NCBI GenBank assembly: GCA_028817405.1
Contig: JAPPPS010000006.1
Coordinates: forward strand, 2,863-66,862
Origin: Gammaproteobacteria bacterium
GTDB lineage: Bacteria; Pseudomonadota; Gammaproteobacteria; Arenicellales; Poriferihabitantaceae
DNA: 64,000 nt
Direction: 5' to 3'
In this document: piece after piece, positions 32,577 to 45,254 of the stretch
Layout of the letters: each line of letters opens with the position of its first letter
Numbering within the stretch: position 1 is the first letter of the stretch
Notes under the pieces: model-generated
Databases searched by the model: none
Told to the model about the DNA's origin: nothing
What the model saw: the letters and a program-made list of their open reading frames with translations, nothing else
Translations under genes and position numbers: made by a program

Positions 32577-33233
32577 ATGAAACAAGGCGGCCATCAACAA
32601 GACATGGAAATCATCATCAAAACGCTGAGCGAAATACCGGCCTACTGGGACGGGAAGCGCGCCGTGCTGGAGTTGAAAGAACATGACCACCAGTGGAAGC
32701 AGATGGAGTGGATTGGGTTTTACTTCGAGTATCTGTGCCAAAAACGCCTGATGAGCGCGGACTTTGAGATACCGGGCGAGAAATACGGCAAGGTCGAATT
32801 CGACTCTTTTCGCAGCATCAACTGGGACATGAAAGCAAGCGCCATTAAGTCGCACAGTCACAAAATCATTTTGAATGACACGCGGGCAATCGATGAAAGC
32901 ATCGGGAAGCACGGCGCCCACGGCCTGATTTTGGCTTTGCTGGATGTCGATTACAACGATGTCGACCGCAATTTTCAGAAATGGCATACCGCATTAAAGG
33001 GCGGGCAATCGCAATACGAAAAAGACAGAATCGCAAGAAAAGCGATTTCTCGCTACCGCAAGACAAGCGCCAGCTTGGTCCAGATATTGTTGCTCGTGCT
33101 GAACGACAGCAATCGGGAATATCTGGATATTCACAAGCAAGGCAGAAATTCGGACGGCAGTCCCAGGAACCCAAAATATATGCTCGATATTGAGCGGGCG
33201 GATTGTTTCGATGCGCGCGGAATGGATTTTTAA
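32577..33233 (+). CDS. putative Type II restriction endonuclease (PD-(D/E)xK-like)
   Basis: Coupled to the MTase; WKQMEWIGFYFE...EFD...WDMK; low GC. Confidence 0.6.
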   Translation: MKQGGHQQDMEIIIKTLSEIPAYWDGKRAVLELKEHDHQWKQMEWIGFYFEYLCQKRLMSADFEIPGEKYGKVEFDSFRSINWDMKASAIKSHSHKIILNDTRAIDESIGKHGAHGLILALLDVDYNDVDRNFQKWHTALKGGQSQYEKDRIARKAISRYRKTSASLVQILLLVLNDSNREYLDIHKQGRNSDGSPRNPKYMLDIERADCFDARGMDF

Positions 33234-33244
33234 GCGGCTGCTCG

Positions 33245-33355
33245 TTACCCCCAGCCACCCCGCAATCTCCTCGGTGCAGTAACTCCGCACCCCATCACAA
33301 CCGGCGCGTTTTGCGGTTAAGATTAATTTCGGTTGGGGTGTGTTTGCTCATGGGC
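33245..33355 (-). pseudogene. chimeric remnant: DUF971 5' end fused to hemB 3' end
   Basis: 33304-33355 matches 31599-31650 at 51/52 bp (MSKHTPTEINLNRKTR); 33245-33311 encodes [20 protein letters not shown] versus hem[21 protein letters not shown]. Confidence 0.85.
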
Positions 33356-33401
33356 TTGGTCAGTAAAGGAAGATGGGGCGATGAAAGGGGATTGTAATCT
33401 A

Positions 33402-34118
33402 TCACCGCGCCTCGGCGCGACTTAACACTTGGTTGAGTCCGCGCATATCCAGCCACGGGCGCCGGTAATGCACCATGCGGTGGCAGTTGGAGCACAGCAA
33501 CGCCAAATCATCCGGCGTGGTTTCCTCCCCCGGTCGCAGTTCGGACAGCGGCTTGATGTGATGGCATTCAATATAACCGTCGCCGTGCCGCGGATAGCGG
33601 TTGGCGAAATCAAAATCGCATGCCTCGCAGTATAACCGCCCATTGTTCTCGTCTTGAAATTTTTCCTTTTTCAGTCGGACGATGGTTCGGTCGCGCTCCC
33701 GGACGGCGTGGACGCGCGTGAGTATCCGACTTTCAACCACGCTGTAGTTGTGTTCCATGTCGGTTTCCTCGACTTCCCGAACTTCTTTCGCGGTGGTGCA
33801 TTTTTTAATGGCTTCGGCGATGCGCGCAATTTCCGCATGCGGCTTTTCGCCGAATGCGTTCCACACCTCGCGCGCCCGCTTTGGCTTTGGCGCGCATACA
33901 TGCTTCTCGTCGAGATGCTTAAATTCCAATACTCGACGCAACACGCCAACCGGCGGACGGAAACGCTTTGACGGCCCGGCAAGCGCGGCGCGGATGCGCC
34001 GCATGGATTCGCTTAACTCGCGTATCGCGCGCGCGTTTTCTTTCGGCAATCGACCGCGATGCCGCAGATAAACCTCGAGACACAGTATCCACTCGTCTTG
34101 GGATAAGCGAAATGCCAT
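33402..34118 (-). CDS. HNH endonuclease, McrA-like (copy 1)
   Basis: RERD..., CEACDFDF, IECHHIKPLS, CSNCHRMVH. Confidence 0.88.
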   Translation of the reverse strand: MAFRLSQDEWILCLEVYLRHRGRLPKENARAIRELSESMRRIRAALAGPSKRFRPPVGVLRRVLEFKHLDEKHVCAPKPKRAREVWNAFGEKPHAEIARIAEAIKKCTTAKEVREVEETDMEHNYSVVESRILTRVHAVRERDRTIVRLKKEKFQDENNGRLYCEACDFDFANRYPRHGDGYIECHHIKPLSELRPGEETTPDDLALLCSNCHRMVHYRRPWLDMRGLNQVLSRAEAR

Positions 34119-34356
34119 GTGAAAAGTCTCCGGGTATGCCCTTTCAAATTGCCGCTATTCGACGCGATTCGCTCGCAACGCCAAACCATGCGCTAATGTA
34201 GCGTGGGCTGGGCCGCCGCCGCTGGACGCGCGGATTATGCCCGGTTATCCAATCGGGCGCAAATAACCGCACGACTCCGTGGAATCGGCATATTGAAAAT
34301 GCACGCGCCACTAAGTGTGGCGATTTGTCATGAAATATCGAATGGCCGCGCATAAT

Positions 34357-35139
34357 TCACCTCGCATCGGCGCGGTTTAGCACTTGCTCAAGTCCGCGCA
34401 TATCCAGCCACGGTCGCCGGTAATGCACCATGCGGTGGCAGTTGGAGCACAGCAACGCCAAATCATCCAGCGCGGTTTCCTCACCCGGTCGCAGTTCGGA
34501 CAGCGGTTTGATGTGATGGCATTCAATATAACCGTCGCCGTGCCGCGGATAGCGGTTGGCGAAATCAAAATCGCATGCCTCGCAAAACAACCGCCCTTTG
34601 TTTTCGTCTTGAAATTTTTCTTTTTTCAATATGACGATTCTTTGATTGCGTTCACGGACGGTATGCACGCGAGTGAGGATTTGGCTCTCGACCACATGGT
34701 AGTTGTATTCCAAGTGCACGTCTCCGACGGCTTGAACTTCTTCCGCGACAATGCATTTTTTGATGGCTTCGGCGATTTGCGCGACTGTCGCATGCGGTTT
34801 TTCACCCCATACATTCCACACATCACACGCTCGTTTTGGTTTTTTATCCGCGCATTCCGGGTCGCGGTCGAGATATTGAAACTCCTGCACTCTGCGCAAT
34901 ACACCGTACGGCGGGCGAAAATGTTCCGCGGGCTTGCCGGCAAGCGCCGCGCGGATGCGCCGCATGGATTCGCTTAACTCATGCATCTCGCGCGAATTGC
35001 CTTTCGGCAATCGACCGCGATGCCGCAAATAGACTTCGAGGCACAATATCCACTCGTCTTGGGAGAGCGGAACATTCTTAGGCGTCGAGTTTGCCTTTGG
35101 CGAGCGGTATAAGGCCGGCGGCGAGTTATTCCGAGCCAT
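34357..35139 (-). CDS. HNH endonuclease, McrA-like (copy 2)
   Basis: Paralog of 33402-34118 with near-identical C-terminal HNH and LSQDEWILCLEVYL N-terminus. Confidence 0.88.
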   Translation of the reverse strand: MARNNSPPALYRSPKANSTPKNVPLSQDEWILCLEVYLRHRGRLPKGNSREMHELSESMRRIRAALAGKPAEHFRPPYGVLRRVQEFQYLDRDPECADKKPKRACDVWNVWGEKPHATVAQIAEAIKKCIVAEEVQAVGDVHLEYNYHVVESQILTRVHTVRERNQRIVILKKEKFQDENKGRLFCEACDFDFANRYPRHGDGYIECHHIKPLSELRPGEETALDDLALLCSNCHRMVHYRRPWLDMRGLEQVLNRADAR

Positions 35140-36868
35140 CGCAAAGCGATTGGATTTTCGCCGCAATCAACTTTGCGCGCGCATGGATAAATTCCCCGTA
35201 CATATCGCCAAGGGGACGGGCGTTGTCTTTGGTGCAACGCATCAGTATGTCCGCCGGAATCAGGTGGGATTCAAGGCGGCGACTGACTTCGCCTTCGGGG
35301 TACCGGTGGCGGCTGTTCTTGATTCGGTCGAGCAAGTAGTCGCCGGGATATTTCGCGCCGACTGTTTTGTCGGTGAAACCGTAAGTCCACATTAAGTTTA
35401 ACGCCAAGTCGGGGTCTTCGCTTTTGGATTTTGCCGCCAACAAGGCCTTGGGAAAGATATGATGCTTTTGGCGGGAATCGCAGTTTGACCGAAAATATTT
35501 CTCGCCATCGGAAATATCTCGGGCGCCGCCCTGCAAGGATGCCACGAGAACGCCTCTCGTGATAACACCAAGAGCGCCTTTGCCGTGATGACGCAAATCG
35601 TCCACGGATGGAACGGCGAAGTCATCCTTTGCCGTAAAAACTTCATCGGCGGGCGGAAAGCGCTTTGCCTTGAACAGCGCTTTCATGCGATGGAAGTCGT
35701 CACGCAAACGGTTGTTTGCTTGGCGGCTGTATCGATTGGTGCAAAAAGCGCGCCAAAGGTAAGCGCGAACAAGGCGCATCGCGCTGTCTCTGTCGCCTCC
35801 TCTTTTCGGCATTTCCCGCCACAAAGCGGGGAGCACTCGAAGGGGAACATGGGTCGGTAAAACTGTTTCGTTGTATATTTTGAGTTCATCGAGAAGGTTG
35901 ACCGTTCCTTTGACACCGTCGCAGAAAACATACCAATCTTTTTCCAATCGACGCATGTCCAACTTCATAAAATTGGAAAGAGTCGGGGAAATATCTTGAG
36001 TCAGGCAAGCCCATAACAGCGCCATGTCGCCGACACCACCGCTTCGAGCGGTTTTATCTTCGAAGGAATCGATTTCAGGAACTTCCTCTCGGATTCGTTC
36101 AATGAAGTCGGGCAGTTTTTTGCGCGTCTTGGCTTCAAACTGGGCGACCGCTATATCAAAGTGGGACAAAGGCGGCGAGGATGTATTCATCTCGATGAAT
36201 ACATCGATGGCTTCGGATGCGTCGGTGCTTGGCGGCAAAGGCAAGTAGGGGATGCGTTTGCTGTTTAAAGCCATTCTTGCTTTGATTATGAATGTCATTA
36301 ATTTGTTGTAGTTGCGCGCAGAAGCATTCTGAGCCCACTCCATAAAAGATGCATCATCTTCAGGATTGAGCAGGCGAATGGGGAGTAGACCATTCTTATA
36401 CTCCTCACTGGGGTTGCCGTAGAACGACTCTTTTTTGGAGCGCATGGCGACCCCCACATCTTCGTCCTCCAAATCAAGATTGGGCTTGGTGGACGCCAAG
36501 GCAAAGTAACCATCTGGATTCTCAACGAACCTGATATAGTAGGTATCCTTGTCGTAGTTGTCATGGAATGACCGCAACAAAGCGGTTACTCTTTGTTGCC
36601 CGTCCAAAAGATACGAAGTGCATTTTTCGGAATCCCTATCGAACGCCGGGAATCCACTAATGGGTTTGGTGGCGAACACTTTCTTGCCGGGGGTGTTCTC
36701 AAGGACCAGGAGAACTCCCACCGGGCGGGATTTGTAAATCAAGGTGGTCAGGAATTTCCTAACCCGCTTGCGGTCCCAGGATTCTTCCCGCTGAAAACTG
36801 GGCAGGCGCACCACCCCTCGGATGGTACCGTGGACCCAGTCCTCGACAGAACGACTCATTGCATCCAT
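35126..36868 (-). CDS. DUF262 (GmrSD-like) protein with C-terminal HNH-type motif
   Basis: LPSFQR..W, LLDGQQRVTAL, FIEMNT, late HHIFPK..NL; low GC. Confidence 0.87.
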   Translation of the reverse strand: MDAMSRSVEDWVHGTIRGVVRLPSFQREESWDRKRVRKFLTTLIYKSRPVGVLLVLENTPGKKVFATKPISGFPAFDRDSEKCTSYLLDGQQRVTALLRSFHDNYDKDTYYIRFVENPDGYFALASTKPNLDLEDEDVGVAMRSKKESFYGNPSEEYKNGLLPIRLLNPEDDASFMEWAQNASARNYNKLMTFIIKARMALNSKRIPYLPLPPSTDASEAIDVFIEMNTSSPPLSHFDIAVAQFEAKTRKKLPDFIERIREEVPEIDSFEDKTARSGGVGDMALLWACLTQDISPTLSNFMKLDMRRLEKDWYVFCDGVKGTVNLLDELKIYNETVLPTHVPLRVLPALWREMPKRGGDRDSAMRLVRAYLWRAFCTNRYSRQANNRLRDDFHRMKALFKAKRFPPADEVFTAKDDFAVPSVDDLRHHGKGALGVITRGVLVASLQGGARDISDGEKYFRSNCDSRQKHHIFPKALLAAKSKSEDPDLALNLMWTYGFTDKTVGAKYPGDYLLDRIKNSRHRYPEGEVSRRLESHLIPADILMRCTKDNARPLGDMYGEFIHARAKLIAAKIQSLCDGSE

Positions 36869-36982
36869 GGTTAATGTGCCTCTTTGATGAAGTGGTGAAT
36901 GCGATGGGGAAAGTGGCGCGGGGTTTGCGACGAAAGTTGGCGTTTGTAAATCCCGTTGAGTATATCAGAGAACCGCCGCCGC

Positions 36983-39164
<2,182 letters not shown>

Positions 39165-39500
39165 GTTTGGGTGCTGGAAGTGGGGCGCGCGAAAGGCGCG
39201 CCCGCTGTGGAACGGGGCGGGAATTTACACCGCGCGGCGGCGACGGTCAAGCGGCGGGGTTGCGGCGTTGTCGGCGGCCGACGCGCGGCGGCGGCGGCCC
39301 GCCACGGTTGTGATTTGGCACGGGGGCGATGCGCGGGGGCGGTGACACCGTGCGCGTTTTTTTCTTATACTGGCGTTCTTAACTTGCGCCGCCGAATCGC
39401 CGCACCACCGTCCGCCGCACCACCGTCGCCGAGCGACGCTGACCGTCACCGCCGAGCGACCGTCGCCGCCCACAGTCTAACTGTACGTACAAACGCCGCC

Positions 39501-40622
39501 ATGAACCGCCCGCCGCGCATCCCCCAAACCGACGACCTGCGCATCACCAACATCGCGCATGTCATCAACCCCGAAGCGTTGATAGCGCGCCTGCCGCCGA
39601 GCCCGGAGGCGGTGCAAACCACGGTCAGAACGCGGCGCGAAATCCACCGCCTGCTGCAAGGCGAGGACGACCGCGTGTTAGTGGTCACCGGCCCGTGTTC
39701 GATTCACGACCCCGTCGCCGCGCTCGATTACGCCGCGCGCCTGCGCCCGTTGCTGCAGCGCCACCGCGACGACTTGCTGGTCATCATGCGCGTGTATTTC
39801 GAGAAGCCGCGCACCACGGTCGGCTGGAAGGGCCTCATCAACGACCCGGACTTGAACGACACTTTCGACATCAACAAGGGCCTGGCGCTGGCGCGCCAAC
39901 TGTTGCTCGACTTGAACCGCAGCGGCGTGCCGGCCGGCACCGAATATCTCGACATCATCACGCCGCAGTATGTCGCGGATTTAATCTCGTGGGGCGCCAT
40001 CGGCGCGCGCACCACCGAGAGCCAGGTGCACCGCGAGTTATCGTCCGGCTTGTCGTGTCCGGTCGGTTTCAAAAACGGCACCAACGGCAACCTCGACATC
40101 GCGGTCGACGGTGTGCGCGCGGCCGGCCGCCCGCATCATTTTCTCACCCTCACCAAGGCCGGCCACTCGGCGATTTACACCACCGCCGGCAACCGCGACT
40201 GCCACATCATTCTGCGCGGCGGGCGCGCGCCGAACTACGACGCCGCCAGCGTCAACGAAGCCTGCGACAAACTGCGCGCGGCCGGCTTGACGCCGCAAGT
40301 GATGATTGATTTCAGCCACGCCAACAGCCGCAAAATCCCTGAGAATCAAGTCGGCATCTGCGGCGATGTGGCGGCGCAAATCGCGGCCGGCGACCGCCGC
40401 ATCATGGGCGTGATGATTGAGAGCCACTTGGTTGCCGGGCGGCAGGATGTGGTCGACGGCAAGGCGGCGGTTTACGGCCAGAGCATCACCGACGCGTGCA
40501 TCGACATCGACACCACCGAGGGCATGCTGGACGACTTGGCGGCCGCGGTGCGCGCGCGACGGCCGGGCCGGCCGGCGACCGGCGCCGGCGATGCTCCCAT
40601 GCGCGCGCAAAGCGGCGCATGA
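39501..40622 (+). CDS. aroG: DAHP synthase, class I alpha (AroF/G/H family)
   Basis: GPCSIHD, RVYFEKPRTTVGWKG, IGARTTESQVHRE, DFSHANS, GQSITDACI. Confidence 0.95.
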   Translation: MNRPPRIPQTDDLRITNIAHVINPEALIARLPPSPEAVQTTVRTRREIHRLLQGEDDRVLVVTGPCSIHDPVAALDYAARLRPLLQRHRDDLLVIMRVYFEKPRTTVGWKGLINDPDLNDTFDINKGLALARQLLLDLNRSGVPAGTEYLDIITPQYVADLISWGAIGARTTESQVHRELSSGLSCPVGFKNGTNGNLDIAVDGVRAAGRPHHFLTLTKAGHSAIYTTAGNRDCHIILRGGRAPNYDAASVNEACDKLRAAGLTPQVMIDFSHANSRKIPENQVGICGDVAAQIAAGDRRIMGVMIESHLVAGRQDVVDGKAAVYGQSITDACIDIDTTEGMLDDLAAAVRARRPGRPATGAGDAPMRAQSGA

Positions 40623-40733
40623 GTCGATGCGGTTGCTGAGTCGAATGTGTCGAATGCGTCGAGCGTGTCGAATGCATCGATATGGGTTGCATGCGCCGCC
40701 GAGTTGCATGCAGCACCGTCGCAAACCAACGCC

Positions 40734-41954
40734 ATGATTAAACCGCACGGCTCGGCGCAACTGCATCCACTGCATGTCGACGACCCGGCCGAGAATCGGG
40801 ACCTGACCGCGCAAGCGCATGCGCTGCCGTCGGCGCGGCTGAGTTCCTCGGCCGCGGCCAATGCGGTGATGTTGGGCGGCGGCTACTTCAACCCGCTGCG
40901 CGGTTTTATGGACAAACGCGATGCGCTGAGCGTGGCCGATTCCATGCGCATGAGCGACGGTCTGTTCTGGCCGGTGCCGGTGTTGTGTTTGGTTGAAACC
41001 GCGCGACTCGATGACGGCGGTGACGGTGGCGGCCGCGAGGCCGGCGCCGGCGACTTCATCGCGCTGCGCGACCCGAATGTCGCGGGCCAGCCGCCGCTGG
41101 CGGTGCTGGAAGTGGCCGCGGTCGAGGCGTTCTCGGAAGCGGAAATGACGCATCTTTGCGAGAAAATATTCGCCACCGCCGACACCAAACATCCCGGCGT
41201 GGCCGCGTTCATGGCGCAAGGGCGGGTGGCGTTGTCGGGCGCGATTCGGGTGCTGAACTTCAGTTATTTCGCCGCCGAGTTCGCCGCCACCTTCCGCACC
41301 GCGGTGCAAATCCGCGCGCACATCGAGGCCAGCGGCTGGCGCAAAACCGTCGCTTTCCAAACCCGCAACCCGATGCACCGCGCGCACGAAGAACTCTGCC
41401 GCCTCGCCATGCAGCGCATCGGCGCCGACGGCTGCGTGATTCACATGCTCCTCGGCAAACTCAAACCCGGCGACATTCCGGCCGAAGTGCGCGACGCCGC
41501 GATTCGCAAAATGGTGGAGGTGTATTTCCCGCCCGGCCGCGCGTTGATTAGCGGCTACGGCTTCGACATGCTGTACGCCGGCCCGCGCGAGGCGGTACTG
41601 CACGCGCTGTTCCGCCAAAACATGGGCGCGACGCATCTCATCATCGGCCGCGACCACGCCGGCGTCGGCGACTACTACGGCGCGTTCGATGCGCAGACCA
41701 TCTTCGACCACCCGGCCGTGGCCGGCGCGCTCGACATCGAAATTTTCCGCGCCGACCACACCGCGTATTCCAAAAAATTAAACCAAGTGGTGATGATGCG
41801 CGAGGCGCCGAACCACGGCGAGGAGGATTTCGTGCTGCTGTCCGGCACCAAAGTGCGCGAGATGTTAAGCCGCGGCATCGCCCCGCCGCCGGAATTCTCC
41901 CGCCCCGAAGTCGCGCGGATTTTGATGGATTATTATCAAGGGTTGCAGGCGTGA
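40734..41954 (+). CDS. sat: sulfate adenylyltransferase (ATP sulfurylase), sulfur-oxidiser type
   Basis: MIKPHGS, AFQTRNPMHRAHEEL, YAGPREAVLHA, GRDHAGVG, LSGTKVR, PPEFSRPEV. Confidence 0.96.
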   Translation: MIKPHGSAQLHPLHVDDPAENRDLTAQAHALPSARLSSSAAANAVMLGGGYFNPLRGFMDKRDALSVADSMRMSDGLFWPVPVLCLVETARLDDGGDGGGREAGAGDFIALRDPNVAGQPPLAVLEVAAVEAFSEAEMTHLCEKIFATADTKHPGVAAFMAQGRVALSGAIRVLNFSYFAAEFAATFRTAVQIRAHIEASGWRKTVAFQTRNPMHRAHEELCRLAMQRIGADGCVIHMLLGKLKPGDIPAEVRDAAIRKMVEVYFPPGRALISGYGFDMLYAGPREAVLHALFRQNMGATHLIIGRDHAGVGDYYGAFDAQTIFDHPAVAGALDIEIFRADHTAYSKKLNQVVMMREAPNHGEEDFVLLSGTKVREMLSRGIAPPPEFSRPEVARILMDYYQGLQA

Positions 41955-42064
41955 TGCGGCGGCATGAAACGCGCGGATGGGGTTTGGTGTTGGCGACGGT
42001 CCGCAACCGTGAAATTTAACGGGTATAATCCGGCGGCAAACCACCCGCAACGGAAGTCGTTCCG

Positions 42065-43591
42065 ATGAGCATCGACCTGCACTTAAAGCCCAACACGCTG
42101 TATCACGGCGACTGCCTTGACATTATGCGGGTGTGGGCGAAGACGCATCCGGATGGTTGCGCGGATTTGATTTATCTGGACCCGCCGTTCAACTCCAACG
42201 CCAACTACAATGTGCTTTACGGCAAGGACCAGAAAGGCAAGCCGCTGGATGAGCGCGCGCAGTTCATCGCGTTCAACGACACTTGGTATTGGAGCATTGA
42301 GGCGTCCGAGCGTGTGAACAACATTAAGAATGCGGTCGGTCATCCGGCGCATAAGGCGATTTGGGGGTTGTCGGAGATGCTGCCGGAGAGCGGCATGCTG
42401 GCGTATCTGTCGTATATGGCCGAGCGGCTGGCGGTGATGCGCGGCATCCTGAAAGACACCGGCAGCATTTATCTGCACTGCGACCCGACCGCTTCGCATT
42501 ACTTGAAGACCATTATGGACTGCATCTTCGGGTCAAAGCGGTTTCGCAATGAACTGATTTGGTGCTACAAAGAGCGCGAGTTGTCCAAAAGGCAGTGGAA
42601 CAAAAAACACGATGTGATTTTGTTTTACACCAAATCCGACCGGTATACTTTTAATTGGAAGCCGGTCGCGGCCGAATACAGCGCGTATACCGTCGAGAAA
42701 AAATTCAAATACACCGACGATGACGGAAAACGCTACCGCCTCAGATACAAGGACGGGCGCAACGACCCGCCCGAAGAAAGCGAGGACACTTACCGGCAGT
42801 ACATGGATGTCGGCGTTCCGCCGCGCGACTGGATTGAGATTCCAATCTTAAATCAGGCTGCCCGGGAACGTCTCGGCTATCCCACGCAAAAACCGCTGGC
42901 GTTGCTTGACCGCATCGTCAAAGCGTCCAGCAACAAAGGCGACTTGGTCATCGACCCCTTCTGCGGTTGCGGCACCACCATCGAGGCGGCGTGGAAACTC
43001 GGGCGGAAATTCCTCGGCATCGACATCTCGCCATACGCCATCACCCGCGTATGCAAAGACCGCATGAAGCGCGCCGGCGGCGTGTCGGTGATGGGCTTGC
43101 CCACCGACATGCGCAGCGCGCGCGCGTTATGCGCCGCCGACCCGTTTGCGTTCGAGCATTGGGCGATTAGTTTGCTGGAAGGTTATGCGCCGAACGACAA
43201 GCAAGTCGCCGACGGCGGCATTGACGGCCGCGGCCGATTGTTGAATCCGCCGTTGGACGAGAGCGGCAAACCGGAAAAAGGCCTCTGCGTCGCGCAAGTC
43301 AAGGGCGGCAAGCCCGGCGCCGATGCGCTGCGCGCTTTTCTTTCGCAAATCGCCGGCGGGGCGTTCAGCATGGGCGTGTTTGTCACCTTGGAGAAACCGC
43401 GCGAGACGCCGACCATGCGCGAAGTGGCGACCAAAGCCGGCGCTTTCCAGTCGCCGGGCGGCGCGAAAACTTACGACCGCATCGTGTTCTGGTCGATAGA
43501 AGAATACTTTGACGGTATCGAGGCAAAACTGCCGGACATGACGCACCCCTTCACCGGCAAAGCGCTGCACCCGGAAATCCCGGCCGACTGA
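42065..43591 (+). CDS. beta-class N6-adenine DNA methyltransferase with C-terminal restriction-endonuclease-like domain (copy 1)
   Basis: YLDPPFNS, YPTQKP, DPFCGCGTT; C-terminal DGGIDG..AQVKGG (PD-QxK-like). Confidence 0.92.
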   Translation: MSIDLHLKPNTLYHGDCLDIMRVWAKTHPDGCADLIYLDPPFNSNANYNVLYGKDQKGKPLDERAQFIAFNDTWYWSIEASERVNNIKNAVGHPAHKAIWGLSEMLPESGMLAYLSYMAERLAVMRGILKDTGSIYLHCDPTASHYLKTIMDCIFGSKRFRNELIWCYKERELSKRQWNKKHDVILFYTKSDRYTFNWKPVAAEYSAYTVEKKFKYTDDDGKRYRLRYKDGRNDPPEESEDTYRQYMDVGVPPRDWIEIPILNQAARERLGYPTQKPLALLDRIVKASSNKGDLVIDPFCGCGTTIEAAWKLGRKFLGIDISPYAITRVCKDRMKRAGGVSVMGLPTDMRSARALCAADPFAFEHWAISLLEGYAPNDKQVADGGIDGRGRLLNPPLDESGKPEKGLCVAQVKGGKPGADALRAFLSQIAGGAFSMGVFVTLEKPRETPTMREVATKAGAFQSPGGAKTYDRIVFWSIEEYFDGIEAKLPDMTHPFTGKALHPEIPAD

Positions 43592-43599
43592 ACGCCGGT

Positions 43600-43629
43600 T
43601 TGACAACCGCAACCGAAACACCGTATCCT
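43600..43629 (+). promoter_or_regulatory. sigma70-like promoter carried in the duplicated MTase tail (second copy at 45263-45292)
   Basis: TTGACA-18 bp-TATCCT upstream of MTase copy 2, repeated upstream of the TA operon. Confidence 0.65.
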
Positions 43630-43658
43630 CCGCGGTAAACCATCCGTAACCCGTTCCG

Positions 43659-45254
43659 ATGAGTATCGACCTGCACTTAAAGCCCAACACGCTGTATCAC
43701 GGCGACTGCCTTGACATTATGCGGGTGTGGGCGAAGACGCATCCGGATGGTTGCGCGGATTTGATTTATCTGGACCCGCCGTTCAACTCCAACGCCAACT
43801 ACAATGTGCTTTACGGCAAGGACCAGAAAGGCAAGCCGCTGGATGAGCGCGCGCAGTTCATCGCGTTCAACGACACTTGGTATTGGAGCATTGAGGCGTC
43901 CGAGCGTGTGAACAACATTAAGAATGCGGTCGGTCATCCGGCGCATAAGGCGATTTGGGGGTTGTCGGAGATGCTGCCGGAGAGCGGCATGCTGGCGTAT
44001 CTGTCGTATATGGCCGAGCGGCTGGCGGTGATGCGCGGCATCCTGAAAGACACCGGCAGCATTTATCTGCACTGCGACCCGACCGCTTCGCATTACTTGA
44101 AGACCATTATGGACTGCGTGTTCGGCGTGGGGAATTTTATGAACGAAGTGATTTGGCGTTATGACGGGCCGCAGAGTCCGTCGAAAACGAAGTTCGCCAC
44201 CAAACATGATGTGTTGCTGCGCTATGCAAAAACCAAAAAAGTGTTCGTCGCCGAGGAAAAGATGTACGCGCATAAAGAAGTCTCGGAGCCCGAGTTGCGT
44301 CAAAAATACAAAAAAGATGCGGACGGGTGGTTTTACGATTTGCCGCGCGGAAGTTACACGGATGCCTCGATTCGAAAATTGGAATCCGAAGGCCGAATCC
44401 GCAGAACCAAAACCGGGAATGTAAGAATCAAATACTACCTGCTCCACAGTAACGGCGCCTATTACAGAAAAAAGAAAATCCCCAGCGTGTGGGATGACAT
44501 TCCCTCGCTTGGGCAGGCGGGCGGCAAGGAACGTCTCGGCTACCCCACGCAGAAGCCGCTTGCTTTGCTGGAGCGCATCATCGAAGTATCCAGCAACAAA
44601 GGCGACATGGTTCTCGACCCTTTCTGCGGCTGCGGCACCACCGCCGAAGCGGCCTGGAAACTTAAACGCCGGTTCGTCGGCATTGACATCTCTTCATACG
44701 CCATCACCCGCGTATGCAAAGACCGCATGAAACGCGCCGGCGGCGTGTCGGTGATGGGCTTGCCCACCGACATGCGCAGCGCGCGCGCGTTATGCGCCGC
44801 CGACCCGTTTGCGTTCGAGCATTGGGCGATTAGTTTGCTGGAAGGTTATGCGCCGAACGACAAGCAAGTCGCCGACGGCGGCATTGACGGCCGCGGCCGA
44901 TTGTTGAATCCGCCGTTGGACGAGAGCGGCAAACCGGAAAAAGGCCTCTGCGTCGCGCAAGTCAAGGGCGGCAAGCCCGGCGCCGATGCGCTGCGCGCTT
45001 TTCTTTCGCAAATCGCCGGCGGGGCGTTCAGCATGGGCGTGTTTGTCACCTTGGAGAAACCGCGCGAGACGCCGACCATGCGCGAAGTGGCGACCAAAGC
45101 CGGCGCTTTCCAGTCGCCGGGCGGCGCGAAAACTTACGACCGCATCGTGTTCTGGTCGATAGAAGAATACTTTGACGGTATCGAGGCAAAACTGCCGGAC
45201 ATGACGCACCCCTTCACCGGCAAAGCGCTGCACCCGGAAATCCCGGCCGACTGA
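43659..45254 (+). CDS. beta-class N6-adenine DNA methyltransferase with C-terminal restriction-endonuclease-like domain (copy 2)
   Basis: N- and C-terminal regions identical to copy 1; unrelated central target-recognition region. Confidence 0.92.
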   Translation: MSIDLHLKPNTLYHGDCLDIMRVWAKTHPDGCADLIYLDPPFNSNANYNVLYGKDQKGKPLDERAQFIAFNDTWYWSIEASERVNNIKNAVGHPAHKAIWGLSEMLPESGMLAYLSYMAERLAVMRGILKDTGSIYLHCDPTASHYLKTIMDCVFGVGNFMNEVIWRYDGPQSPSKTKFATKHDVLLRYAKTKKVFVAEEKMYAHKEVSEPELRQKYKKDADGWFYDLPRGSYTDASIRKLESEGRIRRTKTGNVRIKYYLLHSNGAYYRKKKIPSVWDDIPSLGQAGGKERLGYPTQKPLALLERIIEVSSNKGDMVLDPFCGCGTTAEAAWKLKRRFVGIDISSYAITRVCKDRMKRAGGVSVMGLPTDMRSARALCAADPFAFEHWAISLLEGYAPNDKQVADGGIDGRGRLLNPPLDESGKPEKGLCVAQVKGGKPGADALRAFLSQIAGGAFSMGVFVTLEKPRETPTMREVATKAGAFQSPGGAKTYDRIVFWSIEEYFDGIEAKLPDMTHPFTGKALHPEIPAD

